This document shows positions 42,201-50,537 of a stretch of DNA of 64,000 bases, in pieces. Position numbers and translations under genes: made by a program. Source of the DNA: Acidobacteriota bacterium (GTDB lineage Bacteria > Acidobacteriota > Blastocatellia > RBC074); assembly GCA_033763255.1 (NCBI GenBank), contig JANRKX010000083.1:19061-83060 (forward strand), read 5' to 3'. Under the pieces are notes generated by a model, which saw only the letters and a list, made by a program, of their open reading frames with translations, was not told where the DNA came from and did no database searches. Numbering within the stretch: position 1 is the stretch's first letter; each line of letters opens with the position of its first letter.

Positions 42201-43421
42201 TACGGCAGCGGCAATTTTTTAGACACCGGAGGCCGGTATTGCGCTCAAGGCGGAACCGCCAACACGCCGCCGACGATTGCGGGAACAGCCTTAACGCGCA
42301 CCGCCGGCAGCCCCGCCGCCAACGCCCAGATCGCCGCAGTTGACGATGCCGAAGACGCCAGAGCTTCGCTCGCGGTGACTGTCAACGGCGGAGCGAGCGC
42401 GACAGTCAACGGTGTCACCGTCTCCGGTCTGAGCGTCAACTCGTCGGGTCAGGTCATTGCCTCAGTCGTGGCGAACTGCACGGCGACGACCGCTGTCTTT
42501 ACGTTGCGAGTCACAGACAGCGGCGGCTTGTTCGACGAAGCCACTCTCAATGTCACGGTCAATCCCAACACGCCGCCATCGCTCGGAACTTACCCCGCCA
42601 CGACGGTCGCGGCAGGTGGCGGCGCGACCGTCTCACCAAACGTTGCGCCGTCCGACAACGGCGCAATCGCCAGTATCACGGCAATTGCGCCCGGCTTCAG
42701 CGGGATGCTGACCGGCAATCCGGCAACGGGCGCGATCACCATCACGAACGCCAATCCGCCGGGCAACTACACCGTCACGGTGACGGCGACGGACAATTGC
42801 GGCGCAATGACGAACCGCAGCTTCACGCTGACGGTGAACTCCACAAGTTGTTTGGTGGCCGTCAATCCGGCGGCGATCAAGCAACCGTATATCGCCGTGC
42901 CTTACGTCGAATCGCTTTCGGCCTCTCCGACTGGCAGCTATACGTTCAGCGTCTCGGCGGGCGCGCTGCCGCCTGGGTTGAAGTTGGTGACGACGTTTGG
43001 CGTCACATCCATCGCAGGCTTGCCGACCACGCCCGGCACGTTCAGCTTCACGATCAAGGCGAAGCGGAACAACTCGACCTGCGAGGGAACGCGCAACTAC
43101 ACGGTGACGATTCCGGCGACTGTCGTCCCGATCCTGGAGTGCGTGCAGCGCAACGCGAACGGCACGTACACGGCGCGCTTCGGTTACGACAACTCGACCG
43201 GTGCGGTGGTGACGATTCTGGTGGGATCGAACAACTACTTCACACCGGGCAGTCAGAATCGCGGCCAGACAACGGTCTTCCAGCCCGGACGGGTTGTGAA
43301 CGCCTTCAACGTGACATTCACGAAAGGCAAGGGCAGCAACCTGGCGGTCTGGAATTTGAGAGGGTCAGATGGAGTGTTGAGGCCGGTCAGCGTAGTGACA
43401 ACCTCAATCGGTTGTCCATGA
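39261..43421 (+). CDS. Large secreted protein with 14 Kelch-like repeats and C-terminal Ig-like domains
   Basis: TAATG coupling; N-terminal hydrophobic signal; 14x HTAVWTGSEMIVWGG...NTGGRYNP; GALPPGL Ig-like motif. Confidence 0.85.
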   Translation: MRTANTKRFRIICLALLVAMGLSLALTMKSSRASAAANLNAARQLSFDERVAYQRAIEEVYWRGRIWPAANAQPKPSLDAVMPSAKIKARVADYLRKSQALEEHWQRPITAEQLQAEMDRMAKETRQPEVLRELHRALGNDPLVIAECLARPALVERLIRNWYAHDERFHGELKDRAERELLTHSAAHQLRQTSGEYSQIEWALNERAESRQRGAEAKAVTMNAEEWQTETRQFGQLREDEARFYVTVALEQGKDRMKVAVIEWRKEPFEQWWAKVGGQMEMAQAATGHEYRLQAISAAASACADDTWATLTAVPSARERHTAVWTGSEMIVWGGSDENGRANTGGRYNPATNTWTATSRVGAPTARNEHTAVWTGSEMIVWGGYAGGDSNTGGRYNPASDTWGATSTAGAPAARNEHSAVWTGSEMIVWGGYDSLINDSLNTGGRYNPVTDSWSTTSLTNAPVRRYRHTVVWTGNEMIVWAGNVATVGVLNTGGRYNPATDTWTPTSLTNAPTGRDGHTAVWTGSVMIVWGGLDGSGVADTGGRYNPATNTWAVTSPIAPPTARHRHTAVWTGSEMIVWGGRNLLNNFFNTGGRYNPASNSWSAANTVGSPTARIRHTAVWTGSEMIIWGGQDSLFNTFDTGSRYNPSTNNWTATSVAGVPTARDRHTAVWTGSEMIVWGGNVGSGVQVNTGGRYNPAIASWTPTTIIGAPAARDRHTAVWTGSEMIVWGGWDALGNLFNTGGRYNPASNSWSAANAVGAPTGRIEHTAVWTGSEMIVWSGNVDSGGGDTGGRYNPASNSWSATATVGAPTARERHTAVWTGNEMIVWGGQEYGASDPTNTGGRYNPANNSWSATNAVGAPDGRDHHTAVWAGSEMIVWGGEGTSSIKINTGGRYNPASDSWSATTTAGAPAGRIEHTAVWTGSEMIVWGGSSNSSFNSGGRYNPASNSWSATSLIDAPAERRVHTAVWTGSEMIVWGGYGSGNFLDTGGRYCAQGGTANTPPTIAGTALTRTAGSPAANAQIAAVDDAEDARASLAVTVNGGASATVNGVTVSGLSVNSSGQVIASVVANCTATTAVFTLRVTDSGGLFDEATLNVTVNPNTPPSLGTYPATTVAAGGGATVSPNVAPSDNGAIASITAIAPGFSGMLTGNPATGAITITNANPPGNYTVTVTATDNCGAMTNRSFTLTVNSTSCLVAVNPAAIKQPYIAVPYVESLSASPTGSYTFSVSAGALPPGLKLVTTFGVTSIAGLPTTPGTFSFTIKAKRNNSTCEGTRNYTVTIPATVVPILECVQRNANGTYTARFGYDNSTGAVVTILVGSNNYFTPGSQNRGQTTVFQPGRVVNAFNVTFTKGKGSNLAVWNLRGSDGVLRPVSVVTTSIGCP

Positions 43422-43528
43422 TCGTGATCTCGCTGTCAGCAGAGGGAAGGCAGTCTGAGCGAAAGAAGGCTCAGGCTGCCAAATGAATTCCGCGAAAAGT
43501 GGGGCGTCACCTGAACCGGGCGCTCCAC

Positions 43529-44620
43529 TCATCTTTTCAATCGAACTTGTTTCCACGTGATTGCTGACGCTTTTGTCTTGTAGGGCAGAAAGATAAATGC
43601 CTCAACGCCTTCCAGCCCATTCAGATATTTTTGGCTTTTCTCAACTCCGAGCACATAAAACACATTGTCCATCGCATCGCCTGCCGTGCCGGTGCCGGTC
43701 AGCACGGCGACGCTCAGCACGCCTTGCACAGGCCAGCCGGTTCGAGGATCGAAGATATGAGAATATCGTTTGCCGCCAAGCTCGAAAAACTTTTCGTAAC
43801 TGCCTGACACCGACAATGCGCGATTGTTCAATTGAACTGTTCTCGCCGTTTTTTGCGAACTGACAGGATCGCGCAGCTTCACTTTCCAGCCGTCTTCTCC
43901 TGGCGGAGCACCCAATCCATAAATCGTACTGCCGCAGGCGCTGACCAAGGCTCGGCTGATTCCGTGTAGTTTCAGAATTTCAACGGCTTTATCCACTGCG
44001 TAACCTTTGGCGATTCCGCCCAAATCAAGTTCGACGCCTGCCCGATTAAATCGAATTGTCATTTCCTGTTCGTTTAGAATCACGTGCTGCCAGCCGACTT
44101 TGCCGCGAGCTTCGGCAAGCTCTTCGGCAGTCGGCATACGGCCTTCGCCGCGAAAGAAGCCCCAGGTTTTCAACAGCGGTCCGACCGTTACATCAAACGC
44201 TCCATCCGATTCACGACTGTAACGCAAACACTCGGCGATGAAATTGAACAACTCCGGCTCGACTTTGACGGCTTCGTTGGCGGCTTGGCGATTGAGTTGG
44301 GAGAGCGGGCTTTCCGGCTTGTAATGGCTCATCAACCGGTCAATGCGATCAACTTCGTCAAAGGCTGCGGTGACGGCTGTGGCAAGTTTCGATTCGTCTT
44401 CGCCGTAAACGACAATCGAATACGCGCATGCCATCGAAATGCGGCTGTCTTCATAACGGGTCTGATTTTGACGCAGTACGGGGAGCGTGAGCGACCTGAG
44501 TCTCGCACAATGCGCCACTTGCCAAAAACCAAGTCGCTCACGCTCCCCGCACTGCATCGCATCGTTGCTTTGAGTAAACAGTAAACCCAATCCAAGTAGA
44601 ATGTTTGGTAATCGCCTCAT
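43529..44620 (-). CDS. apbE: FAD:protein FMN transferase (ApbE family)
   Basis: FDVTVGPL, LDLGGIAKGYAVD, SVSGSYE, YSHIFDPRTG; signal peptide. Confidence 0.9.
   Translation of the reverse strand: MRRLPNILLGLGLLFTQSNDAMQCGERERLGFWQVAHCARLRSLTLPVLRQNQTRYEDSRISMACAYSIVVYGEDESKLATAVTAAFDEVDRIDRLMSHYKPESPLSQLNRQAANEAVKVEPELFNFIAECLRYSRESDGAFDVTVGPLLKTWGFFRGEGRMPTAEELAEARGKVGWQHVILNEQEMTIRFNRAGVELDLGGIAKGYAVDKAVEILKLHGISRALVSACGSTIYGLGAPPGEDGWKVKLRDPVSSQKTARTVQLNNRALSVSGSYEKFFELGGKRYSHIFDPRTGWPVQGVLSVAVLTGTGTAGDAMDNVFYVLGVEKSQKYLNGLEGVEAFIFLPYKTKASAITWKQVRLKR
44473..44555. repeat. REP-like palindrome lying inside the apbE reading frame
   Basis: gcagtacggggagcgtgagcgacctg ... caagtcgctcacgctccccgcactgc (24/26 complementary). 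Confidence 0.75.
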
Positions 44621-44736
44621 GCTTTTCCTTGGCGAACATTGTCACGTTTCGTTGATTGCGCGATGATGCGCGCGGCGTTCGGCATTTGATTTCAATCCAA
44701 TTTCAAACTCAAGGAACCCCAAGGAGCCTGTAAGCT

Positions 44737-45444
44737 ATGAAAAGAATCTCTCTTTTGATTGCGCTGTTTGTGACCTGCGCTTTGACGACGATCAACGCTG
44801 GCGAAGCCGGAATCGCCATCAGCCACCAGGCCAAAGCCGATTTCAAGCTGACTGCTGACCCAAACTCAGCGGCTTGGAAAAAGGTGCCTGCTTTCATCAT
44901 GGACAAAGGGCGTCGAGGCGAAAACATGGCCAGCCACAAAACCGAAATTCGTTCGCAATGGACGGCAAAAAACCTGTACCTGCTGTTCACCTGCCCGTAC
45001 GAAAACCTGCACTTGAAACCGAATCCGACGACGACGGCGGAAACCAACAAACTGTGGGAATGGGATGTGGCCGAAGTGTTCATCGGCACGGATTTCGACG
45101 ACATCAAACATTACACGGAATTCCAGGTGTCTCCGCAGGGCGAATGGGTGGATTTGGATATTGACCGTAAACCGACTCCGGCGAAACACGATGTCGGGTG
45201 GAATTCCGGTTACGAAGTCAAAGCGCGATTAGATCAGGCGAAAAAGGTTTGGTACGGCGAGATGCGAATCCCGATGGACAAGATTGATAAACGCCCAGCC
45301 AAAGCGGGCAATGAAATGCGAATCAACTTTTATCGCATCCAGGCGGCTCCGCCGAACCGCGTGTTCATCAACTGGCAACCGGTCAACAGCGACAATTACC
45401 ACACGCCCGAAGCCTTCGGACGGTTACGGTTGAGCGCGAAATAA
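44737..45444 (+). CDS. Secreted carbohydrate-binding family 9-like (DOMON-type) protein
   Basis: Signal peptide; LWEWDVAEVFI, YTEFQVSPQG, WYGEMRIP, RINFYR, HTPEAFG. Confidence 0.75.
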   Translation: MKRISLLIALFVTCALTTINAGEAGIAISHQAKADFKLTADPNSAAWKKVPAFIMDKGRRGENMASHKTEIRSQWTAKNLYLLFTCPYENLHLKPNPTTTAETNKLWEWDVAEVFIGTDFDDIKHYTEFQVSPQGEWVDLDIDRKPTPAKHDVGWNSGYEVKARLDQAKKVWYGEMRIPMDKIDKRPAKAGNEMRINFYRIQAAPPNRVFINWQPVNSDNYHTPEAFGRLRLSAK

Positions 45445-45541
45445 ATTTGTGTTTGCCAGCGTTCAGGCTGCCAGAAAAAAACTGGCAATCCTGCCTAAAA
45501 GTTTTCGCACAGACTGCACGGATGAGAATCGAAAGATTCGC

Positions 45542-47407
45542 TTACTCAACGGTAACGGATTTTGCCAGATTGCGCGGCTGGTCTACGTCGCAACCTCTTC
45601 GCACGGCGATGTGATATGCCATCAATTGCAGCGGAATCGCTGACAGCACCGGCGACAGCAATTCGCTGGACGGCGGAACTTCTATGGTGAAGCTGGCCAC
45701 GTCGCGCGTGTCGCGGTCGCCTTCGGTGACGATGGCGACGACTATGCCGTCGCGCGCCTTTACTTCCTGGATGTTCGAGATCGTTTTTTCGTAACGCAGC
45801 CGCGACTTTTCATCGTCCGGATCAAGCGTGTTGATGACCACCACAGGCAACCGCGAATCAATCAGCGCGTTCGGTCCGTGTTTCATTTCTCCTGCGGCGT
45901 AACCTTCGGCGTGAATGTACGAAATCTCTTTCAGCTTCAGCGCGCCTTCCAAAGCAATCGGGAAATTGATGCCGCGTCCCAGGTAGAGAAAATCTGTCGA
46001 AAGCACAAACGCCCGCGACAGTTCTTCGTAATCGGTTTCGGCGTTCAGCAGTTTTTCGATCTTCACTGGCAGTTCGGACAAATGCTGAGCGTGCCATTTC
46101 AGCTTTTCTTCGCTCAAGGTTCCGCGCACTTGAGCCAGGTACATCGCCAGCAAATACGCCGCGACGATTTGCGAAGTGAAAGCTTTGGTCGAAGCCACTC
46201 CGATTTCAGGCCCGGCGTGCGTGTAAATCGTGCCGTCGGCTTCGCGCGTCATCATCGCGCCCTGCACGTTGCAGATAGCCAAAGTCTTACAGCCTTTGTC
46301 TTTGCCTTCGCGCAAAGCCGCCAACGTGTCGGCGGTTTCGCCGGATTGCGAAATCACCATCATCAAAGTCGTCGGCGTCAAAATCGGATTGCGGTAACGA
46401 AATTCCGAAGCGTAATCCACTTCGACGGGCAGGCGAGCTAGTTCTTCGATCAAATACTTTGCTACCAGCGCCGCGTGCCAGGCCGTTCCGCAAGCGGCGA
46501 TCTTGATGTCGGTCAGGCTGCGAAAATCGGCTTCGGTCAATTTCATCTGGTCTAGGAAGACCTGGCCGGTGTCGAGCGAAACGCGGCCTTGCGTGGTGTC
46601 GCGGACGGCGCGCGGCTGCTCGAAAACTTCCTTCAGCATGAAGTGCTTGTAACCGCCTTTTTCAGCCTGAATCGGATCCCAGGTGATTCGCTGGACTTGC
46701 GGCTTGAGTTCCTTGCCCGCCAGATCGGTCACGCGCACGCCGTCTTTGGTCAGCAGCGCCATTTCGCCGTCGCCCAAAAAGAAAATGTCGCGCGTGTGCG
46801 GCAAAATCGCCGGAATGTCCGAAGCGACGAAGTATTCGCCTTCGCCCAAACCGACCACGACCGGCGGCCCCAACCGAGCGGCAACGATCTTTTCCGGTTC
46901 GTCCGCGGACATTGCCACCAGCGCGTAAATGCCGCGCACTTCGGCCAGCGAACGACGAAACGCTGTTTCCAGATCGGCCAGCTTGTCGGCTTCCAGATGT
47001 TTTTGAATCAGGTGAGCGACGACTTCGGTGTCGGTTTCGGATTTGAAGACGTGGCCGCGAGCCAGCAAATCGCGTTTCAACTCCAGATAATTTTCGATGA
47101 TGCCGTTGTGAACGACGACAATGCGCCCGGAGCCGTCTCGATGCGGATGCGCGTTTTCTTCGGTTGGGCGTCCGTGCGTAGCCCAGCGCGTATGGCCCAA
47201 ACCGTAATCGCCTGTGATCGGCGATTGGCGAATGGCTTCTTCCAGATTTCGCAGCTTGCCGCTGGCGCGACGAACCTGCATTTCGCGGTCGCTGTTGACG
47301 ACGGCAATTCCCGCTGAGTCATAACCGCGATATTCCAACCGCCGCAACCCTTCGATGACGACCGGGACGACTTGCTGATTTCCGACGTAACCGACAATCC
47401 CACACAT
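45542..47407 (-). CDS. glmS: Glutamine-fructose-6-phosphate aminotransferase
   Basis: [45 protein letters not shown]. Confidence 0.98.
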   Translation of the reverse strand: MCGIVGYVGNQQVVPVVIEGLRRLEYRGYDSAGIAVVNSDREMQVRRASGKLRNLEEAIRQSPITGDYGLGHTRWATHGRPTEENAHPHRDGSGRIVVVHNGIIENYLELKRDLLARGHVFKSETDTEVVAHLIQKHLEADKLADLETAFRRSLAEVRGIYALVAMSADEPEKIVAARLGPPVVVGLGEGEYFVASDIPAILPHTRDIFFLGDGEMALLTKDGVRVTDLAGKELKPQVQRITWDPIQAEKGGYKHFMLKEVFEQPRAVRDTTQGRVSLDTGQVFLDQMKLTEADFRSLTDIKIAACGTAWHAALVAKYLIEELARLPVEVDYASEFRYRNPILTPTTLMMVISQSGETADTLAALREGKDKGCKTLAICNVQGAMMTREADGTIYTHAGPEIGVASTKAFTSQIVAAYLLAMYLAQVRGTLSEEKLKWHAQHLSELPVKIEKLLNAETDYEELSRAFVLSTDFLYLGRGINFPIALEGALKLKEISYIHAEGYAAGEMKHGPNALIDSRLPVVVINTLDPDDEKSRLRYEKTISNIQEVKARDGIVVAIVTEGDRDTRDVASFTIEVPPSSELLSPVLSAIPLQLMAYHIAVRRGCDVDQPRNLAKSVTVE

Positions 47408-47426
47408 AGCTATGCCCTCTGAATTT

Positions 47427-47495
47427 ATCCACGAAGAACACGAAGAGGCACGAAGCCTGGTCTTTTCTTCGTGAAACTTCGTGTTCTTCGTGGAT
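47427..47495. repeat. Nonamer tandem-repeat hairpin (CACGAAGAA type)
   Basis: atccacgaagaacacgaagaggcacgaag ... cttcgtgaaacttcgtgttcttcgtggat. Confidence 0.7.
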
Positions 47496-47500
47496 TGTTT

Positions 47501-48886
47501 TTAGTCTCGGAGTTTTCGTTTGATCTGAGCCGGGACGCCAGCGACCAGCGTGTCTTCCGGCACGTCTTTGGTGACAACCGAGCCGGCTCCGGTCATTGAG
47601 CCGCGCCCGACTTTGACTGGTGCGACCAGCATCGTGTCGGAGCCGATCTTCACGTCGTCTTCGATCACAGTCGGATGTTTTTGCTTGCCGTCGTAATTGC
47701 AGGTGACGGTGGCCGCGCCGATGTTGACGCGGTCGCCGATGGTCGCATCGCCAAGATAAGTCAGGTGCATTGATTTTGTCTTGCGACCGAGCCGTGACTT
47801 TTTGACTTCGACAAAGTTTCCGACAACGGCGTCTTCGGCAAGTTCGGCATGCATTCTCAGGTGAGCGAACGGACCAACGGAATTGTTCGCTGTCAGTTTG
47901 GTGTCCGCCAGCACACAGGAGTTCAAGACTTTGCAGTTGTCGCCGATTTCGACGTTGGTCAGGCGTGACCACGAATGAATTTCGCAGCCAGAGCCGATGC
48001 GCGAATCGCCTTCGATGATGACTTGAGGATGAATGGTGGTGTCGCGGCCAATCTGAACCGAAGCGTCAATGTAAGTCGAATCAGGATCAACAATCGAAAC
48101 GCCTTCGACCATCAACCGGTTCAGCGTTTCCATTCGGACTCGTTTCCACATCGCGGCAAGCTCCGCGCGGTTGTTGATGCCATCGAGTTCGTGCGCGTCG
48201 GGGTGAAACACCGTTCCGACTGTCAGCCCGGCATCCAGCATGTGTTGCGGCACGTCGGTCAGGTAATACTCGCCCTGAGCGTTTTGCGGCGAAAGTTTTT
48301 CCAGCGCGTCCAGCAACGCCGGAACGTCAAAACAGTAAAAGCCCGGATTGAGTTCGGTAATCGCGGCTTGTTCGGGCGAGCAATCGCGCTGTTCGACAAT
48401 TTTCGAGAAATTGCCTTTGGCATCGCGGACGATTCGCCCGTAAGCCGGAGGCGGATCGAGTTTGATCGTCACCAGAGTCGCCGCGTGTTTGCCAGCTTCG
48501 TGCGCAGCGATCAGGTTTTGCAGTGTCTCGGTCTTGACCGCCGGCGTGTCTCCGTAAAAGACAACCAGATTGCCGCGAATTTTCTGTATGACTTCGGTCG
48601 CGCATTTCACCGCGTGGCCGGTGCCGAGTTGTTTGTCTTGAGTGACGAATTGCAGCCGCTCAGCCATTGCTGGGTCAGCGAATGCCGAGCGCGCGGCGGC
48701 TTCGACCTTGTCGGCTTGGTGGCCGACGACGACTATGACGTTTTCCGGATTGAGCGCGGCGGCGGTCCTGAGCACATGGCCGATCAACGGACGGCTGCCG
48801 AGTTTGTGCAGCACTTTGGCTTGCTCGCTTTTCATCCGAGTGCCCAACCCTGCGGCCAGGATCAAAACATTGACAGGAGTGTTCAC
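47501..48886 (-). CDS. glmU: Bifunctional UDP-GlcNAc pyrophosphorylase/glucosamine-1-P acetyltransferase
   Basis: [25 protein letters not shown], hexapeptide repeats, GNFVEVK, CNYDG. Confidence 0.97.
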   Translation of the reverse strand: MNTPVNVLILAAGLGTRMKSEQAKVLHKLGSRPLIGHVLRTAAALNPENVIVVVGHQADKVEAAARSAFADPAMAERLQFVTQDKQLGTGHAVKCATEVIQKIRGNLVVFYGDTPAVKTETLQNLIAAHEAGKHAATLVTIKLDPPPAYGRIVRDAKGNFSKIVEQRDCSPEQAAITELNPGFYCFDVPALLDALEKLSPQNAQGEYYLTDVPQHMLDAGLTVGTVFHPDAHELDGINNRAELAAMWKRVRMETLNRLMVEGVSIVDPDSTYIDASVQIGRDTTIHPQVIIEGDSRIGSGCEIHSWSRLTNVEIGDNCKVLNSCVLADTKLTANNSVGPFAHLRMHAELAEDAVVGNFVEVKKSRLGRKTKSMHLTYLGDATIGDRVNIGAATVTCNYDGKQKHPTVIEDDVKIGSDTMLVAPVKVGRGSMTGAGSVVTKDVPEDTLVAGVPAQIKRKLRD

Positions 48887-49022
48887 GGTATAACCTCTAA
48901 AAAATGGAATTTTTGCTTCGAGCGGGGACTAACGTCTAATTCGAGCGGGGTGTCAGGTGGGAAGACGGCGCGGAGTATAAGCGAGATTAAAAATCAGATA
49001 AAGAGTTTCGTTAGCCGAAAAC

Positions 49023-49082
49023 CAGCCCAAAAAATGAAGGCCAAAAGCGGAATGAGTTGTTGGCCTTCATTTTTGGGGCTGG
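49023..49082 (-). terminator. Probable terminator hairpin after htrA-like gene
   Basis: cagcccaaaaaatgaaggccaa ... ttggccttcattttttggggctg. Confidence 0.55.
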
Positions 49083-49091
49083 TTATTCGTA

Positions 49092-50303
49092 TCAGATGCG
49101 CGACCGTGAAGATCGCGTTCCTTCGTCCAGGGTCATTGGCAAAGTCATTCGTCGGCCATTTCGCATGATTTCGATCTGAACGCGGTCACCGATGTTTTTG
49201 TTGTTCAATGCGCGGTCGTAATCGTCGCGGCTGGCGATTTTCTGGCCGTCAATGGCCACGATGATGTCGCCGCCAATCGGGATTTGATAACGACCATACC
49301 GAACGGCTTCGGTCGGCCCTTTGATCCCGGCGCGTTCGGCGGCGCTGCCCGATTGAACTTCAACCACCATCAAACCTTCGCTGACCGGAATGTCCACCGC
49401 ACGGATAAACCGTTCCCCCAGATTTGCCAGCGGAATGAAATTCACGCCCGGACGAGCTTTGCGAACGCGGCCATATTGTTTGATGTCATTGATGACGCGA
49501 ACGGCGGTTTCCACCGGAACCGCGAAGCCTATGCCGACCGAACCGCCCGAAGGCGAATAAATCAGGGTGTTGATGCCAATCAATTGCCCGCGCGAATTCA
49601 ACAGCGGCCCGCCGGAATTTCCGGGATTGATGGCGGCGTCGGTTTGGATTGCGCCTTCGATCAATCGCTGAGTCATCTCCGAACGAATCGGACGCGACAG
49701 CCCGGAAATGATGCCGGTGGTCAGTGTGCGATCCAGTCCGAAGGGATTGCCAATGGCCAGAACTTTTTGGCCGACGAACAGGTTTTTGGCAGTTCCCAAC
49801 GGGACAACCGTCAATTCGTTAGTGGGCGCGCTGATTTGAATCACAGCCAGATCGTTGTCCGGGTCTGCGCCCAGCACTTTGGCTTCGTAGGTTTTGTTGT
49901 TGGAAAGCCGCACGTCCAGTTTTTCGGCGTCTTGAATGACGTGGTAGTTGGTCAGGATACGACCTTCTTTGTCGAGTATGGAACCGGAACCGGAGCCGCC
50001 TTCAGTTTTGTAAGCGTTAAACCAGTCCTGAACTGTGACGGTAGAAGTAATGTGAACTACTCCGGGACTGACGGAGGAATATACTTCCTGATTGTTTTTT
50101 TCGTCGGTGGCGACCGAAGGATCAGTCAGGCCTTCGATGTTTGTCATGGTTTCAATGGCGGCTTTGTCGGTTTTGGCTCCGACCAAACGACCGAGCAAAT
50201 CTGCACCGAACCGGTCGTAAAGCAGCACCGCTCCCGACGCGAATAAGGCCGTCGCCAAAGCCAGCGTGAGCAATTGCCTGGCGGTGATTTGATAAGTTTT
50301 CAT
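49092..50303 (-). CDS. HtrA/DegS-like trypsin serine protease with PDZ domain
   Basis: N-terminal [26 protein letters not shown], one PDZ. Confidence 0.93.
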   Translation of the reverse strand: MKTYQITARQLLTLALATALFASGAVLLYDRFGADLLGRLVGAKTDKAAIETMTNIEGLTDPSVATDEKNNQEVYSSVSPGVVHITSTVTVQDWFNAYKTEGGSGSGSILDKEGRILTNYHVIQDAEKLDVRLSNNKTYEAKVLGADPDNDLAVIQISAPTNELTVVPLGTAKNLFVGQKVLAIGNPFGLDRTLTTGIISGLSRPIRSEMTQRLIEGAIQTDAAINPGNSGGPLLNSRGQLIGINTLIYSPSGGSVGIGFAVPVETAVRVINDIKQYGRVRKARPGVNFIPLANLGERFIRAVDIPVSEGLMVVEVQSGSAAERAGIKGPTEAVRYGRYQIPIGGDIIVAIDGQKIASRDDYDRALNNKNIGDRVQIEIMRNGRRMTLPMTLDEGTRSSRSRI

Positions 50304-50537
50304 TGCTGTTGCACTCCTTCTGAAATTTGAACCCGTTTTGTTACCGCGCGCGGTACTGACAAATCATGCATAAGGGCATCCAAAAATACCCAAGCCTACC
50401 CGGAAAAGTTCCGAAAAACCTCGCAGGCGATGGCGAAAACCTCGTTCCAGCATAGCCATCAACGTCAACGATGTTAAAATTGTAAAGCTGACCAACAAAT
50501 CCGCTTCTACGAAAAATTTATTCCGCCGGATGTCGCT

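Noticed and set aside
40180-42245. CRISPR array or diversity-generating retroelement suggested by conserved repeats with variable spacers
   Set aside because: Units are about 150 bp, in-frame Kelch coding repeats; no cas or reverse-transcriptase gene in the window.
47408-47500. glmS ribozyme upstream of glmS
   Set aside because: The 93-bp gap is occupied by a nonamer-repeat hairpin; no recognisable ribozyme core.
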